Position numbers and translations under genes: made by a program. This document shows positions 39,085-52,500 of a stretch of 64,000 nucleotides of DNA, in pieces. Origin of the DNA: Tubiluchus corallicola (taxonomy: Eukaryota; Animalia; Priapulida); the NCBI GenBank assembly GCA_030141605.1, contig JAQGDQ010000103.1:62001-126000 (forward strand). Direction: 5' to 3'. Every line of letters starts with the position of its first letter. Position 1 is the first letter of the stretch. The notes below the pieces were generated by a model. That model made no database searches. It saw nothing but the letters and a program-made list of their open reading frames with translations, and was not told where the DNA came from.

Positions 39085-39335
39085 TAAGGAGGGGAGAAGA
39101 ATGAAATGAAGGAATTAGTTAGAGAGGAAGAAAAGAAAAAGAAAGAAAATGAAGAAAGAAAGAAACTAGAAAGAAAGAAAAATGATAGATTGAAGGAATG
39201 AAGAAAGGAAGAGAGAAAGAAAAGAATGAAAGGAAGGAGAGAGTAAGCATAGGAAAAAGAAAGAAAGAAAAACGAAAAAAGAGATGAAAAGAAGGGAAAC
39301 AGAAGGAAAGTAGAAAGAAAGAAGGGAGAAAAAGA
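39085..39335. repeat. Purine-rich (GAAA/GGAA) low-complexity tract
   Basis: Direct reading. Confidence 0.9.
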
Positions 39336-39535
39336 CATTTTTGCAACACATTTACAGTAAGACAGAGAAAATGAATAAAAAATATGGAAGGCAACATGAC
39401 AGTGTAGAACATGAAAATGTTTTAGGGTAAAGCCAGTTGCGGCTGGAACTTTACTAAAAAATTTTGTGCCCGATTTTATCTTTTTTATTGCCTGGTGTGG
39501 ATGTAGAAGTTACATAAATTTAGATCTCGCTATAA

Positions 39536-41130
39536 AGGAAAGCCTGACCCAATCTTAAACTAGCTCAGAACAATCTGCCTAGAACAATTTTTTTCAAGCG
39601 TGACTCCATGAGTGAAAGAATCATTACCACACAAACATAATTTCGCGTTCGCGCGGCTAGTTTCTCGCTGTTACATGCACATATACATTTGCTAGTTAGA
39701 CGGGTACTACTGCCTGCATCTTGAACGAAAAATAGGCACTGTACCTCTGAGTTCAGATGTATTCAGGCGTGATGTAGTACACCCATTCGAGAGCTCATGC
39801 ATGAACACATGAAATTAAGATTCAAGATTATTTCTTTCAAAATTCAAAATAGCAACAGTACTTTAATTTTCACTTTCGCAAATATGTGCGACACGCTCGT
39901 GGAATGTCTGTGCTGTTGAAAATTATAGTGATCAGTTGTGATATCATCACTAGTTGGGCTCGCTCGCCGCTAATTAAGTTTTTAATCTACTATTGAATTA
40001 TCAGAAACGCTTTGGCATTGTTATACCGATTAAAATGTTCTCTTGCCGTACCTCAAAATGGGATAGGACATGAAGATTTCCTTTAATTTCTATCTCGCCT
40101 TACTGAGAAACGCTACCATCTACCGGCAGTATCCAAACAACTGATGATCAGTATGACGCGAACATTTCTCGCAGGTTTCAAAATTTTGCAATCAAAAATG
40201 AATGCGCAACCAATCCACTTCGTGAGACGCATTCGAACTTTTTTACTGCCATTGATGCTTACTTTCATAGCTGATGGTATTAGGCGGTGAGAGAAACAGG
40301 ACCAAATTTCATTATGTTTTTCAGTTGAGTGCTACAACTCCAGCCAAATTACATTAGCAATGGAATAAGTAAGTCAGCAAGATACATCAGATACAATTTT
40401 TCCCTGGAGTAGTAACTTTGGCGTCATATTGCTCTAAATGTTAGGTATGAAAAGTGAAAAAAACGCTTTCTAGAGTTATAAATAAAATTTCAGCTATCGC
40501 CACTTGATTCGAACCTCAAAGGAAAACAGGTTTATTTTTTATCCTATCCCATTTTCAAATACAGTGTACGGTAAAAAGTTATACGTTTTAATGCAAAAGT
40601 GTTTCTGATAATTAAATAATAGGTTAAAAACTTAATTAACGGCGGGTGAGTCCAACTAGTGATGACGTTCCCAGTGAACATGATTTTCAACAACGCAAAC
40701 TTTCCATGAGTGTGTTGCGTGTGTTAGCGAAAGTAAAAATTGAAACACAGTGCTATTGTACAACATTCAGTGTGATGTGCAAAAACTCGGGCAAATTTTA
40801 AGTTTAAAAGTTTAAATTTCAAGTTTACCACTGTGCCCAGGCATGAGCACTCGAACATGTGCGCTACGTCACAACTCAACAACATCTGAGCTGAGAAGTT
40901 AACTTCTGTGTTTTGTGCGACGTATTTGTGAGATGCAGGCATTAGTGCCCGTTTAACTATTGAATGGCGAAATTCATGTAACAGCGAAGAACTAGCCGTG
41001 CGAACGCGAAACTATGTTTCTGCCATACTATTTTTTACGTACATTATTCTTTAAAAATAGTATGTTCTCTTTCAATAATTTTCAGGTTAGATTGTTTTCA
41101 GCTATGGTTTATGATTGGGTTCAGTTTCCT
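39536..41130. mobile_element. Two family C MITEs in inverted orientation (39536-40082 and 40520-41130)
   Basis: catcactagttgggctcgc in the first pairs with ggtgagtccaactagtgatg in the second. Each ends TTCCT-TTAA. Confidence 0.8.
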
Positions 41131-41609
41131 TTAAGAAAACTTGTTGATTACGTTGTGCACCTACACACCATTGTTGCCTAGCAGCGTCAGCTGTGTTTTA
41201 AATGCTCACAAGCTGTTGAATTTTACAGTACCGTTTCCAAGTGTTCACTGCAAATTTCACAAGCGCTATAACGAATATTTGCTATCGAATTTATCCAGCA
41301 TTTTGTAATAATAGAATACCTTTTAAAGAACAGCAAACAAATAAACGGACATTCAATGTTAACAGATTCAAACGAATAATAAATATGGACATTATTCAAT
41401 TTCAAACAGTGCTATTAGCATTTGGAATTTAGCCCCCATTTAGCCAATATAAAATCAGCAGTTAATATATATATATGCTTGATTCTATAGAAAAACGCGT
41501 AAGAAAACTTGAAATCGGCGCATACTAGTAAAACCCTGCGAGCTTGGTCGGCTTTGACTTCTGCATCGCTGCTCGCCTCGCTTGCTGGCTCATTTTGGCA
41601 TGGCGTAGC

Positions 41610-41819
41610 TCTTCTCTTTCCATTTCATTGTCTCTCACACATTCTTTTCCTCGCTTCCTTCTCTCCCAATCATCTTCCTCTTTCTCTGTTTCTCTTCTCT
41701 TCTCCTCTTCTCTCTCTTCTTCCCATCTTTCTCTCTTTCTCCACTTTCTCTATTCTCTTCTCCTATCTCCCTTCCTTCCTACCCGCTATCTCTCGCTCTT
41801 AATTATTTCTCTCTTCTCT

Positions 41820-41865
<46 letters not shown>

Positions 41866-41925
41866 GCTCCCCTCTCCCCCTCTCCCCCTCTCTTTCTCGA
41901 TCTCTCTCCCTTTCTCCGTTCTCTT
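41610..41925. repeat. CT-rich polypyrimidine tract
   Basis: Direct reading. Confidence 0.92.
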
Positions 41926-42301
41926 GGCGTCATCTTTTTTCTGATGTTATAAATTGGCTTCAATGCAGTAGGAGTCTATTTAAGGCTTCTTTCTGAAACT
42001 ACGGTTCTTCACCAAAGAAGAAATATTAGCCATTTATCTGACATGTCTGGTGTTTTCTTACAAATAATAAAAATTTACAACCCGCCCTGGAATGATATGG
42101 AAACATAGTTTTTATAAACACAACATAAAATCGCATTACACGTATGTTTGCACTGTTCAATTGTTTTGCAGTGATATAACGCTAGCGTACAAGCTATCAT
42201 CTGTCATAAAGGACGCGCTGTAAAAATGGCACAAGAAAAAATGATAGAAATGGAAAAGTAGGAAGAAATGCACATTGCTTCTCGTATTGCTTTGATATAG
42301 A

Positions 42302-42499
<198 letters not shown>

Positions 42500-44273
42500 T
42501 CATTGATCATAAAATTAATATTTACAATCTTTATCAGGGACAGCAAAATGGAAACATTTCATACTTCAAAATTTTCTGATTTTCAGAAAACAGCAATATT
42601 ACATACAGGTAAAAACAGTCCACACAGTTCACAATAACAAATTTTCATTTAGTATCAGTAAAAATATGATAATGACTGAGGTGAGCTTACAGAATTTTAC
42701 AGAATTGTAGCACTTAATTATAGTACTTGGAAAAATTAGCGTGCTTTCTTATTCATCAGCTTTTAAGACGTTGAAATGGATCTCTAATACAAAATTGAAA
42801 TTCATAATTGACGTGAAGGAAAGTCTTCATTGCTAAATCTTCTTCTAGTTTCAATGATAATAATATAATTTCAATAATAAAAAATAATTAAAATAATTAT
42901 GATGCAGCATGTAGTATACAGTAGACGCGGCATGATAGGCTCGCTTTGTGATGAACTGTTTTGATAGTCCGTTAAACGTTGTGCAAAGCAAGGAGAGCTT
43001 CAAAAGGAAACCGTTATTTAAGCGATTAAACAAGTAGCATCCATACATTACTGAGCAATGTGAACTGACGTCAAGCATGTTGGTTTATCGTTCCGCCTCC
43101 GTTATGAATTAGCACTGTGACGGGAAATCGGGGACATTAACTTAAGTCGAACAACAACTCTTTATTGAACAACATGACAACTGTAATGTCCAGTCAGCAG
43201 ACAAACTGATTGTCCTTGTTCATACAAAAATGTGCAAGGTAGCAATTATTTTTACTTCTTACCACTTTACAAGAAATTAAAACTTCGAGTATCCAAAAAA
43301 TTTAAGCAATTCTTTACATTTTAGGCAGAATGTAGTGACAAAGTTTCAAAGAATTATAAAATACATTGACAAGGGTGCCTAGTCGGGTCTTATTATAGAG
43401 GAACTAAGGCAGTAAGCCATCTCACCTCTGTTCAGGTAGGCTATCTGATGCTTGCGATCATTAAAGCAGCGTCACACGATCGGCCTAATCTCGTTTGTCC
43501 TTTTTTATAGTTAATGAAAAGGTTGTTTTTTGTCTAATTAGCAAAGTCATAAGTCAGACTAAATTGGGTATATAGTAAAACGGTTTAAATAGCAGCTCAT
43601 AAAAGTAAGTCTTGTGTATTTCTTTCTATAAAAAATGAAATCAGACTATATTTTGCAATTTGCAATTTCAATCGAAAATACAGACAATCAACAACATGTA
43701 ATAAAATCAAGAACCAGGTCGGGGTCTCTTCCGCGAATTAATGAAAAATTGAGCAATTTGCGTAACGTGTAACGTATACTGGCAATACACACGAAAGAAC
43801 GGCAACAAGTAGACGTGTGTTAAATCACGTAATTGGACAGTCAGCGAAAATGACTGACGTTTGGTTTGACATTTGCAGCGGGGTAACAGATTCAAAGCAA
43901 AATCGCTACGCTATAATATTATGCTTGTTAGAAAAATTCACTGTTAGCTAATTAGTTAATTACAGTGTTCGTCGTAATGAATATATCTAGCGTGGTCTTC
44001 AAAATACCCAAAAAGTAGATTAATTTGAGCAATACAGCTATTATCAGTTACTTACTCTTTAGTCATTTTATCAGGCTTTATTGTTTTTAATTACCGCGAA
44101 GCTTTTACTACATTTTAAGTTTTTTGCATTATGTTTTACATATGACGATGAGATATTTCTGTTGTTTATAACGAAGCCAGTGAATTTTGAATATGTCGTG
44201 TTTTATTGTAATAATTATTAATAAAGAATAAATATTAAAATTTGCTTCTGATTCTGACATAGTACTAATTGAA

Positions 44274-44759
44274 AGGAAAGGCCAAGCCTTCTGGGAAGTT
44301 AGGCTTATTTCACAGTTGGCGAAAATGTTAGAAGGATTTTGTAATAAAACTGCAATAAATGCCTGGTGTAACTAGTAAAATAAGTTTATGCTTGGGCGCT
44401 CCCATTTTCAATACCCATACTTCTTCTAGTGACGCCAATCGTCTTTAAGAAAAGTAGCGCACTGTCAATCTTCATTAAAAGTATAAGTTTCTGCAAAAAA
44501 ATAGGTAGCTAATTTTGTAATATTTTTGGGTGAAGATTAAGTAAGCTGTAGAAGTCTGAATTAGTTTAAGCAGCGCACGGAAAGTTTTCAGTTACGTCAT
44601 GATTTTCAAATGAATGGCGGCAACCACCACGCACGAAAATTTCTATTCAGAAGTAGCATATTTTAAATTCATGCTTAACAGGCATAAAATTCTTTGCAAA
44701 TTTCTTTATTATATTTTTAAGTGATAACAGTAAAATAAATCCAACACTCGTTCTTTCCT
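44274..44759. mobile_element. MITE family B copy
   Basis: AGGAAAGGCCAAG...CTTTCCT-TTAA with shared internal motifs. Confidence 0.75.
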
Positions 44760-45110
44760 TTAATGCACATAAACTCATTTTACTAACCGTGCCATTCTTC
44801 CTGGATTTCCATTTGGGCCTTTTTTCCCTGTGCCATTTTTACCGTGCCATAAAGACAAAACTTTTATTGCATGTGTACTGTGCCTGACCATGATGTGACA
44901 TTGGGAAGAGACGAATGCTGACGAACAACCATGTTCTACCAGAAGTTTAAATTATTGCAACTGGATGATAAATTGTCATTGAATTCAAACGACCGAGGAC
45001 TGAAGTGAATTAGCAAGTATTCAACCCTTGCCTCATTTCATTCAGTTTTAAAATTGGATTGCAATTTTGCGTGATGAATTGCTCCAGTGGCAGCTGACCG
45101 AAATATCCGG

Positions 45111-45222
45111 GATGGAGATTTCCGTCATTTCGATGAACTTTCTTTTTTATTCTGAAAGAATGTGAGATGGAGATTTCCGTCATTTCGACGAACTTTCTTT
45201 TTTATTCTGGAAGAATGTGAGA
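45111..45222. repeat. About 55-bp tandem duplication
   Basis: gatggagatttccgtcatttcga.gaactttcttttttattctg.aagaatgtgaga occurs twice. Confidence 0.9.
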
Positions 45223-45925
45223 GTGACATTTCCGGTGACACAGCGACCTCTGATGTCGAGTTCACTACATCCAAGCAAACCAGCAACTGGACTTATGGCT
45301 TACTGCCACCCAACTGACACAGTAACACACCAATCAAAAGGGGGCGTTTCATCAATAGGTTAATTAGGCTCTAACCCACATTTTGAAGGACGTCAAATTT
45401 TAGGGGCCCTGTGGTAAAAAATTCTTATTCGCCCCGGAATATATATATATATATGTGAAAAGTTTCACCAGTTTCCACGAAACTTTCCGGAGGGACGGGC
45501 ACATGAGATAATGAAGAATCTTTCAACGATCGATTAAGAACTGCGAAAGAAAATTAATTTTTGTTTAGTGATCACTATAAGCTTGCATAGAAAAATTACT
45601 GCACTGCACTACGTCACAATAGAGCACTGCAGAAAAATGACAAAAACCATCAAAATGCAACAGAAAGAAATAAGCCTTTTCATAGTTTCGTTAAGCGCAC
45701 GCGCAGTTGCTGCAAGTAAAAGGTTAGGTGTACTACGGCAAGGAGTCTTAACTACAACCGTCACGTGACGTGTGGGTAAAACAAAGCCGTCTGCCGCTTC
45801 AGTTCTGTAACTTCAGTTGTTTTACGCGAGCTTTACTTAATTATGCATTAGGATGTGCGTAAAGTGATTTACTAGAGGATCTTGCTTAGAAACAAGAAAA
45901 AATAAACTAGGTAAGGTTCTAGCTA

Positions 45926-48900
45926 AATGTGTGGGACAGTTCAGCACAACTAATAGATGGTCACTATAACTTGGACATACCATTTAAAGTGAATCTTCCT
46001 GATCTGCCCGATAATCGCAAGATTGCTGAGAAGCGTCTTCAGTCATTGAAGTACCGGCTCTCAAAGGACCCTGAGCTGCATAAAAAATATACACTACGCA
46101 TGAAGGAGCTTCTAGAAAAAGGTTATGCAGAGAAAGTTGCAGCATGTGACTTAGAAGGAACACCTGGATTTGTGTGGTATCTTCCACACCATGGTGTAGT
46201 GAATCCGAATAAGCCAAAACTTCGCATTGTCTTTGATTGCTCCGTCCTGTTTGAAGAGATTTCTTTAAATAAAGCTGTCAAACAAGGGCCCGACTTGACA
46301 AACTGTTTGCTAGCTATTCTGATTCGATTTCGGGAAGGCCCTGTGGCACTTATGTCTGACATAGAGGCCATGTTTAACCAGGTTGTAGTATCCAAACATC
46401 ATAGAGATGTTTTGCGGTTTTTGTGGTATCCAGATGGTGACTTGACAAAACAACCACAGGTCTACAGGATGACGAGGCATCTTTTTGGAGGCAATTGGAG
46501 CCCCAGTTGCGCGACATATGCTTTGCAGAAAACTGCCCTGGATAACATTCACAAGTTTGACAGCATGATTATTGATGCAGTGCCTCGTGATTTTTATGTT
46601 GACGACTGTTTGAAGAGCTTTTTGACTGATGATGATGCCACTGAGTTTGTAGTTAAATTGACATAGTTGATATCCCGTGGTGGGTTCCATATAACTAAAT
46701 GGATTAGCACTAGTGTCAAGGTACTTGAAATGGTTCCTGAAGAGGATAGAGCTGAATCTGTTCGAGAAATTGACATTTCAAAAGGTTCCTTGCCATTAGA
46801 AAGAGCTCTGGGCTTACGTTGGAATGTGGACAGAGATGAACTTTGTGTCCAAGTCAAGTTAAAGGAGAAGCCACTCACAAAGCGAGGTTTATTGAGTGTT
46901 CTTTCTTCCGTGTATGATCCTTTGGGTCTAGCCTGTCCTGTTACTCTTGTAGCAAAGAAGCTCTTTCAGCAAGAAAGCAGACTAAAGAAAGAATGGGACA
47001 GCCAGTTGTCCTCTGATGTTCAATACCACTGGATTAACTGGATGAAGCGAGCTACAAATTTAGATCAGTTTGGTGTTGAGAGATGCTTCATGCCGAAGAA
47101 CTTTGGACATGTGCTGAGATGTGAATTGCATGTCTTTGGAGATGCATCTGAGGATGCTTATGCTGCTGTGGCATATATGCGGCTTGTGAATGCTGATGAG
47201 AAGATACACTGCTGTCTTGTCTTGGCCAAAGCACGCCTAGCTCCCATGCATAGAATGACTGTTCCTAGGCTAGAGCTATCAGCAGCTGTACTTGCTGTTA
47301 AGATCGGCCAGACAATCTCGCGTGAGTTGAGAACCGACATAGATGAGACCTGGTACTGGACTGATAGCAGTATAGTTCTGGGCTACATACACAACACTGA
47401 TAAACGCTTCAAAACGTTTGTAGCTAACAGGCTTGGTATTATATATGAAGCTTCTATGCCTTCTCAATGGCGCCATATCAGAAGTGAGGACAATGTTGCT
47501 GATGATGCTTCAAGAGGCTTGTCAGTTGATGAACTACTTCAGCAGAAAAGATGGATTAATGGTCCTGAGTTCTTGTGGTTGCCGAAATCTGAATGGACAG
47601 AACTCGAGGTAAAAAATTTGCATTATCCAGAAGTGGAAATCAAGCGTGAAAGTGTGAAGTCTCAGAAAGCTGTATCATGTGGTGCAGTGACATCAGTAGA
47701 AGCCGGGTCAATTGCTTTAGAAAATATGTTTAAGAGGCACTCGTCGTGGTACAGGTTGCGAAAATCTGTTGGCTGGATCCTGCGGCTGCGGAACATTTTA
47801 CTGTGCAAAGCTAGAGGAATGGATGTCAAGTCCTTTGATGCCAGTTTATCTGTTGAAGAACTACAGCAGGCAGAGATCGGCATTGTCAAATATCTACAGT
47901 ATAAGTACCTGAAAGATGACAATGGAATGAAAACTCTGAGGAAGTTAAATCCAGTCATAGATTCCAATGGAGTAATGTGTGTAGGTGGCCGTGTGAAGAG
48001 CATGCACCAGATGATTCTGCCTAAACATCACCACATAGTAGACTTGATTATACGTGAAGCATAATGAAATGTCAGGACATTCTGGACGAGAGTATGTGGT
48101 TGCCAAGCTGAGACAGAGGTACTGGATCATCAAGGTTAGAACCAGGATCTTATCGAGCTGCATAGTCTGTAGACGACGTGATGGTGTTCCATTGTCTCAA
48201 AAAATGGCTGATCTGCCAGATGATCGCGTGTCTCCAGCTCTATCTGCCTTCACAGCTGTTGGTGTGGACTGCTTTGGTCCGTTTTTTGTCAAAAGAGGTC
48301 GTTCAGAGGTGAAGAGATACGGATGTGTCTTCACTTGCCTGACTATTCGTGCTATTCACATAGAGGTACTACATTCCCTGGAGACTGATAGTTTCATTAA
48401 TGCTCTTTTCAGATTTATTTCTCGCCGTGGGCCTCCGTCTATCATCCGATCTGACAATGGCACTAATTTTGTCGGTGCAGAGAAAGAATTGAGATCAGCA
48501 ATATGCAACTGGGATCAGCAGAAGATTACAGATGTTCTACGGAAGCGTCATGTACAATGGATCTTTAACACACCAGGTGCATCCGATCATGGTGGAGCTT
48601 GGGAAAGGATGATCCGATCCATTCGCAGAGTTGCATTTTCTATATGCATTGAGCAAAGGCTTGACGATGAAAGCTTGCCTACTCTGATGTGCATGGTAGA
48701 GTCCATTATAAATGATAGGCCGATTACAACAGTGTAAGATGATCCAAATGATCTTGAGGCTCTCACTCCAAACCACTTACTGTTGTTAAGAGCTGGATCA
48801 GTACCTGTCAAGCTCTTTGATTCTTCCGACTTATATAGGTGAAGATGGCGCCAGGTACAGTATTTGACAGATGTCTTTTGGCGGCGATGGACTCATGAAT

Positions 48901-49229
48901 ATCTTCCGATGCTGCAACAATTCCAAAAGTGGGAGAAGCAGAAGGAAAATCTGAAGTGTGGAGATGTTGTTCTATTAATCGACAACACCTTGCCAAGAAA
49001 CCGTTGGGAACTTGGACGGATTATGGATACTTACCCGGGTAAAGATGGCTTGGTCCGCTCTGTATTGCTCAAGACAAAGTCGTCAACTCTGAAACGGCCT
49101 GTGCAGAAACTTTGTCTGCTTGAGCGTGTTTCATAAACTGCAGTTTTGTGTTCCAAAATGAGGTTAAAGTTTAATGATTGATAAATATTTTGTTATGTTT
49201 CATGTTCCAGATAGAACATTCAAAGGGGG
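45926..49229 (+). mobile_element. BEL/Pao LTR retrotransposon, 5'-truncated and disabled pol (RT, RNase H, integrase)
   Basis: Motifs WYLPHHGV, LRIVFD, GPDL, FYVDD, LHVFGDAS, KARLAP, VPRLEL, WTDS, FVANR, GVDCFGPF, SDNGTNF, GGAWER, RPVQKL. Disablements: in-frame TAG at 46664, frameshift near 48058, TAA at 48735, another frameshift near 48810-48860. Confidence 0.95.
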
Positions 49230-49503
49230 TGTGACGCCATGTCTATAGGTTACGTACTCTGAGTCTCAATGTCTTGAAAAGCAGGCACGACCGCCCTATA
49301 AACGAGGTGTAACACGTGGTTCTGGGGTTCTATAGTGTTAGATAATTTAAACCAAACCAAACCAAACCAAACAGAGTAAAAAACAGTTATATAAGACCAT
49401 AAGCTGCCACCACTTGTGACGCCATGTCTATAGGTTACGTACTCTGAGTCTCAATGTCTTGAAAAGCAGGCACGACCGCCCTATAAACGAGGTGTAACAC
49501 GTG
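49230..49503. repeat. Exact 89-bp direct repeat (49230-49318 and 49415-49503), the LTR U5 end
   Basis: Both copies read tgtgacgccatgtctatagg...gtaacacgtg. Confidence 0.95.
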
Positions 49504-52500
49504 TGTGACAAACCATCTATTATTTACGATATTTTTGTTTACTTGTTTGTCACCTTTTCATTTCACAGTCAAGTTCTTTATAGTGATAGCGGTAGCACTT
49601 GCTAGTGTAATTTGCTTACATTAAATTAGTCACTATAGTAGTACTGTATTGTTAGCGTAATTAGTGTAGTAGTGTAGGAGTCCTACTAACACCCCCCTCG
49701 TCATGTGGTTGTGTTCTGCAATACCTGCAATACTCGCGGCTTATTTCAAATGTGTGAAACCCGTACAGGTATGAAGTGTACATGATACATACGTTACAGC
49801 TATAGTCTGAGACGTGCAACCTGGCAGTCAGTCGGCCGTTGTTGAAAGGCCTAGGTCACGTAAAATGACCATCGTCTGATTTTCACATGTCTGTGAAAAG
49901 ACAGTCAAAAATGTCGATTAGCATCGTCGATGTTATAGTGCAGTAGACGTCACTATTTCTTTTGTCAACAGTCATTGCTTACAGTGCTGACGGGTCTATG
50001 TTGAGTACGTTGTTTTGGTTTTGATGAGGTGGCTACCGTTACCGTCATTATCCGAGGAGTCGTGAAAACCTGCGCTAAAGTTCATGGTGGACAGTCCATT
50101 GTTGGTGGAGCAAACCATAGTTGGTAAATCCATGGATGTTACCCCACAGGTTAGCAGCTGCAGTTTCACACAATGTTCATGGAGTGTCTGGTAAGACAAG
50201 ACTTTTGTACTTTTGCTCAGCGTTTGCTAGCTAGCATAATTCCGTTTCTATATGGTCATCGTTGGATTGCCGTCATCGAGAGTGCGTCATCATTTGCACG
50301 TGCTACCCCCACTAACACCTCCCTTCTCTATTATTAGACTAGAGAATATATTTGCTGTACTGTGATTAATTGTTATTGTTAACTATTTCTTTTCTCCGGG
50401 TTAAAGTAGTAATCAATTAAATTTTGTTATATACAGCTTAATAGTTGGTTTGGTTTGTCTTTTTCTGTCAAAGTATGTAATGGTGTTGCTATTGCAGAGA
50501 AATTAGGAATAAAACGCCTATAGAAACCTACGAAACCCAAAAATGACCTGACCTGTTTTTTAGTTTCTGGTCTTTTATAGTTCTGAATAGCGAGGATTTT
50601 CTCTGGCTGAGGTTTCAAAAGATTTCTGCCAACAACATAGCCTAAGAAATGAGTTTCTTGGAGTGCGAAATTACACTTGAGTGGTTTGATTGTCAAACCT
50701 GCATTAGACAGACAAGTAAGAACTAGCTCGATATGATAGAGATGATCTTGCCAAGAACGACTGAAAATGATAACATCGTCTATGTAACCAGAAGCAAAAC
50801 CAATTACTGGTTCTAAAACACGATCTACCAGACATTGAGCTGTTGCTGCAGAATTACACAACCCAAAGGGCATAACTTGAAACTCATGTTTACCAAACTC
50901 TGTTACAAATGCCGTGATTGGCCTCGAATTTTCCTCAAGATTAACCTGCCAGTAATATTTTGTCATGTCCAAGCAAGTAATGAACATTGCTCCATGCAAT
51001 TGATCAACTGTTTCATCCATCCTGGGGATAGGATAAGGATCAAAAACTGTAATTGAATTAATTTTCCTAAAATCAATACAAAATCGAATCGATTGATCAC
51101 GTTTGATCACAATGACTGCAGGACTTGAAAAAGGACTATCTGACTTGACTATTACACCCAGCCTTTCCATGTCCATGATTTCTTGCCTCACACTTTCCTT
51201 TTGCGCCTGAGGAATTCTGTATGGCTTCTGCACAACAGGATTGTCAGTAGTTAACTGTATTTTATGTTCTACGACGTTTGTCCTACCAGGAATGTCAGAA
51301 AAGGTTGGTGTAAACTTCTCCAGAGTAGTTCGTAATTCATTCTTCTGCTTATCTGTTAAGTAATCAGGGATTACTACATCTTCCACAGTTTGTGCAGGTG
51401 TAATAGAGGTAGGTGCGAAACAGTGGTCTTCCATTTGTGACCGTTGCATTGGTGACACACTTTCATGCTCAGGATCTAATTCCAATTCATCTTGACCAGT
51501 AAATACGTCAAGTGTGGGAATTGTTTGCGTATAAAGGGCTTTTCTTTCTTCACGCGGTATCCAAGCTTTGAGCAAATTAATATGGAATTGCTTGACCTGT
51601 CTGCTTTTACCTCCAATGATAACGGAGTACACATGTTCTGAGATTTTATCAGCAATCTCATACGGGCCTTTCCAGGTTCGTTCCATCTTTTTACGAGATG
51701 TAGGCAATAAGACTAATACCTTCTGTCCTACTTCAAGATTTCGGTACCTAGCTTTCTGGTCATACCAGTCTTTTTGTCCGATTTTAGCTTTTCTCAAAGC
51801 TTCGTGTGCCTCCTGAGTTACCGTTTCTAATTTATCAATGATATTGGCAACATAATCATCAATGTCTTGGGGACTAGTAGGTTGGTCACAACCCCAACGT
51901 TTCCGAAGAAGAGCCATTGGACCAGTTATTTGGTGTCCATAAACCAACTCAAATGTCCACCATGAACTTTAGCGCAGGTTTTCACGACTCCTCGGATAAT
52001 GACGGTAACGGTAGCCACCTCATCAAACCAAAACAACGTACTCAACATAGACCCGTTAGCACTGTAAGCAATGGCTGTTGACAAAAGAAATAGTGACGTC
52101 TACTGCACTATAACACCGACGATGCTAATCGACATTTTTGACTGTCTTTTCACAGACATGTGAAAATCAGACGATGGTCATTTTACGTGACCTAGGCCTT
52201 TCAACAACGGCCGACTGACTGCCTGGTTGCACGTCTCAGACTATAGCTGTAACGTATGTATCATGTACACTTCATACCTGTACGGGTTTCACACATTTGA
52301 AATAAGCCGCGAGTATTGCAGGTATTGCAGAACACAACCACATGACGAGGGGGGTGTTAGTAGGACTCCTACACTACTACACTAATTACGCTAACAATAC
52401 AGTACTACTATAGTGACTAATTTAATGTAAGCAAATTACACTAGCAAGTGCTACCGCTATCACTATAAAGAACTTGACTGTGAAATGAAAAGGTGACAAA

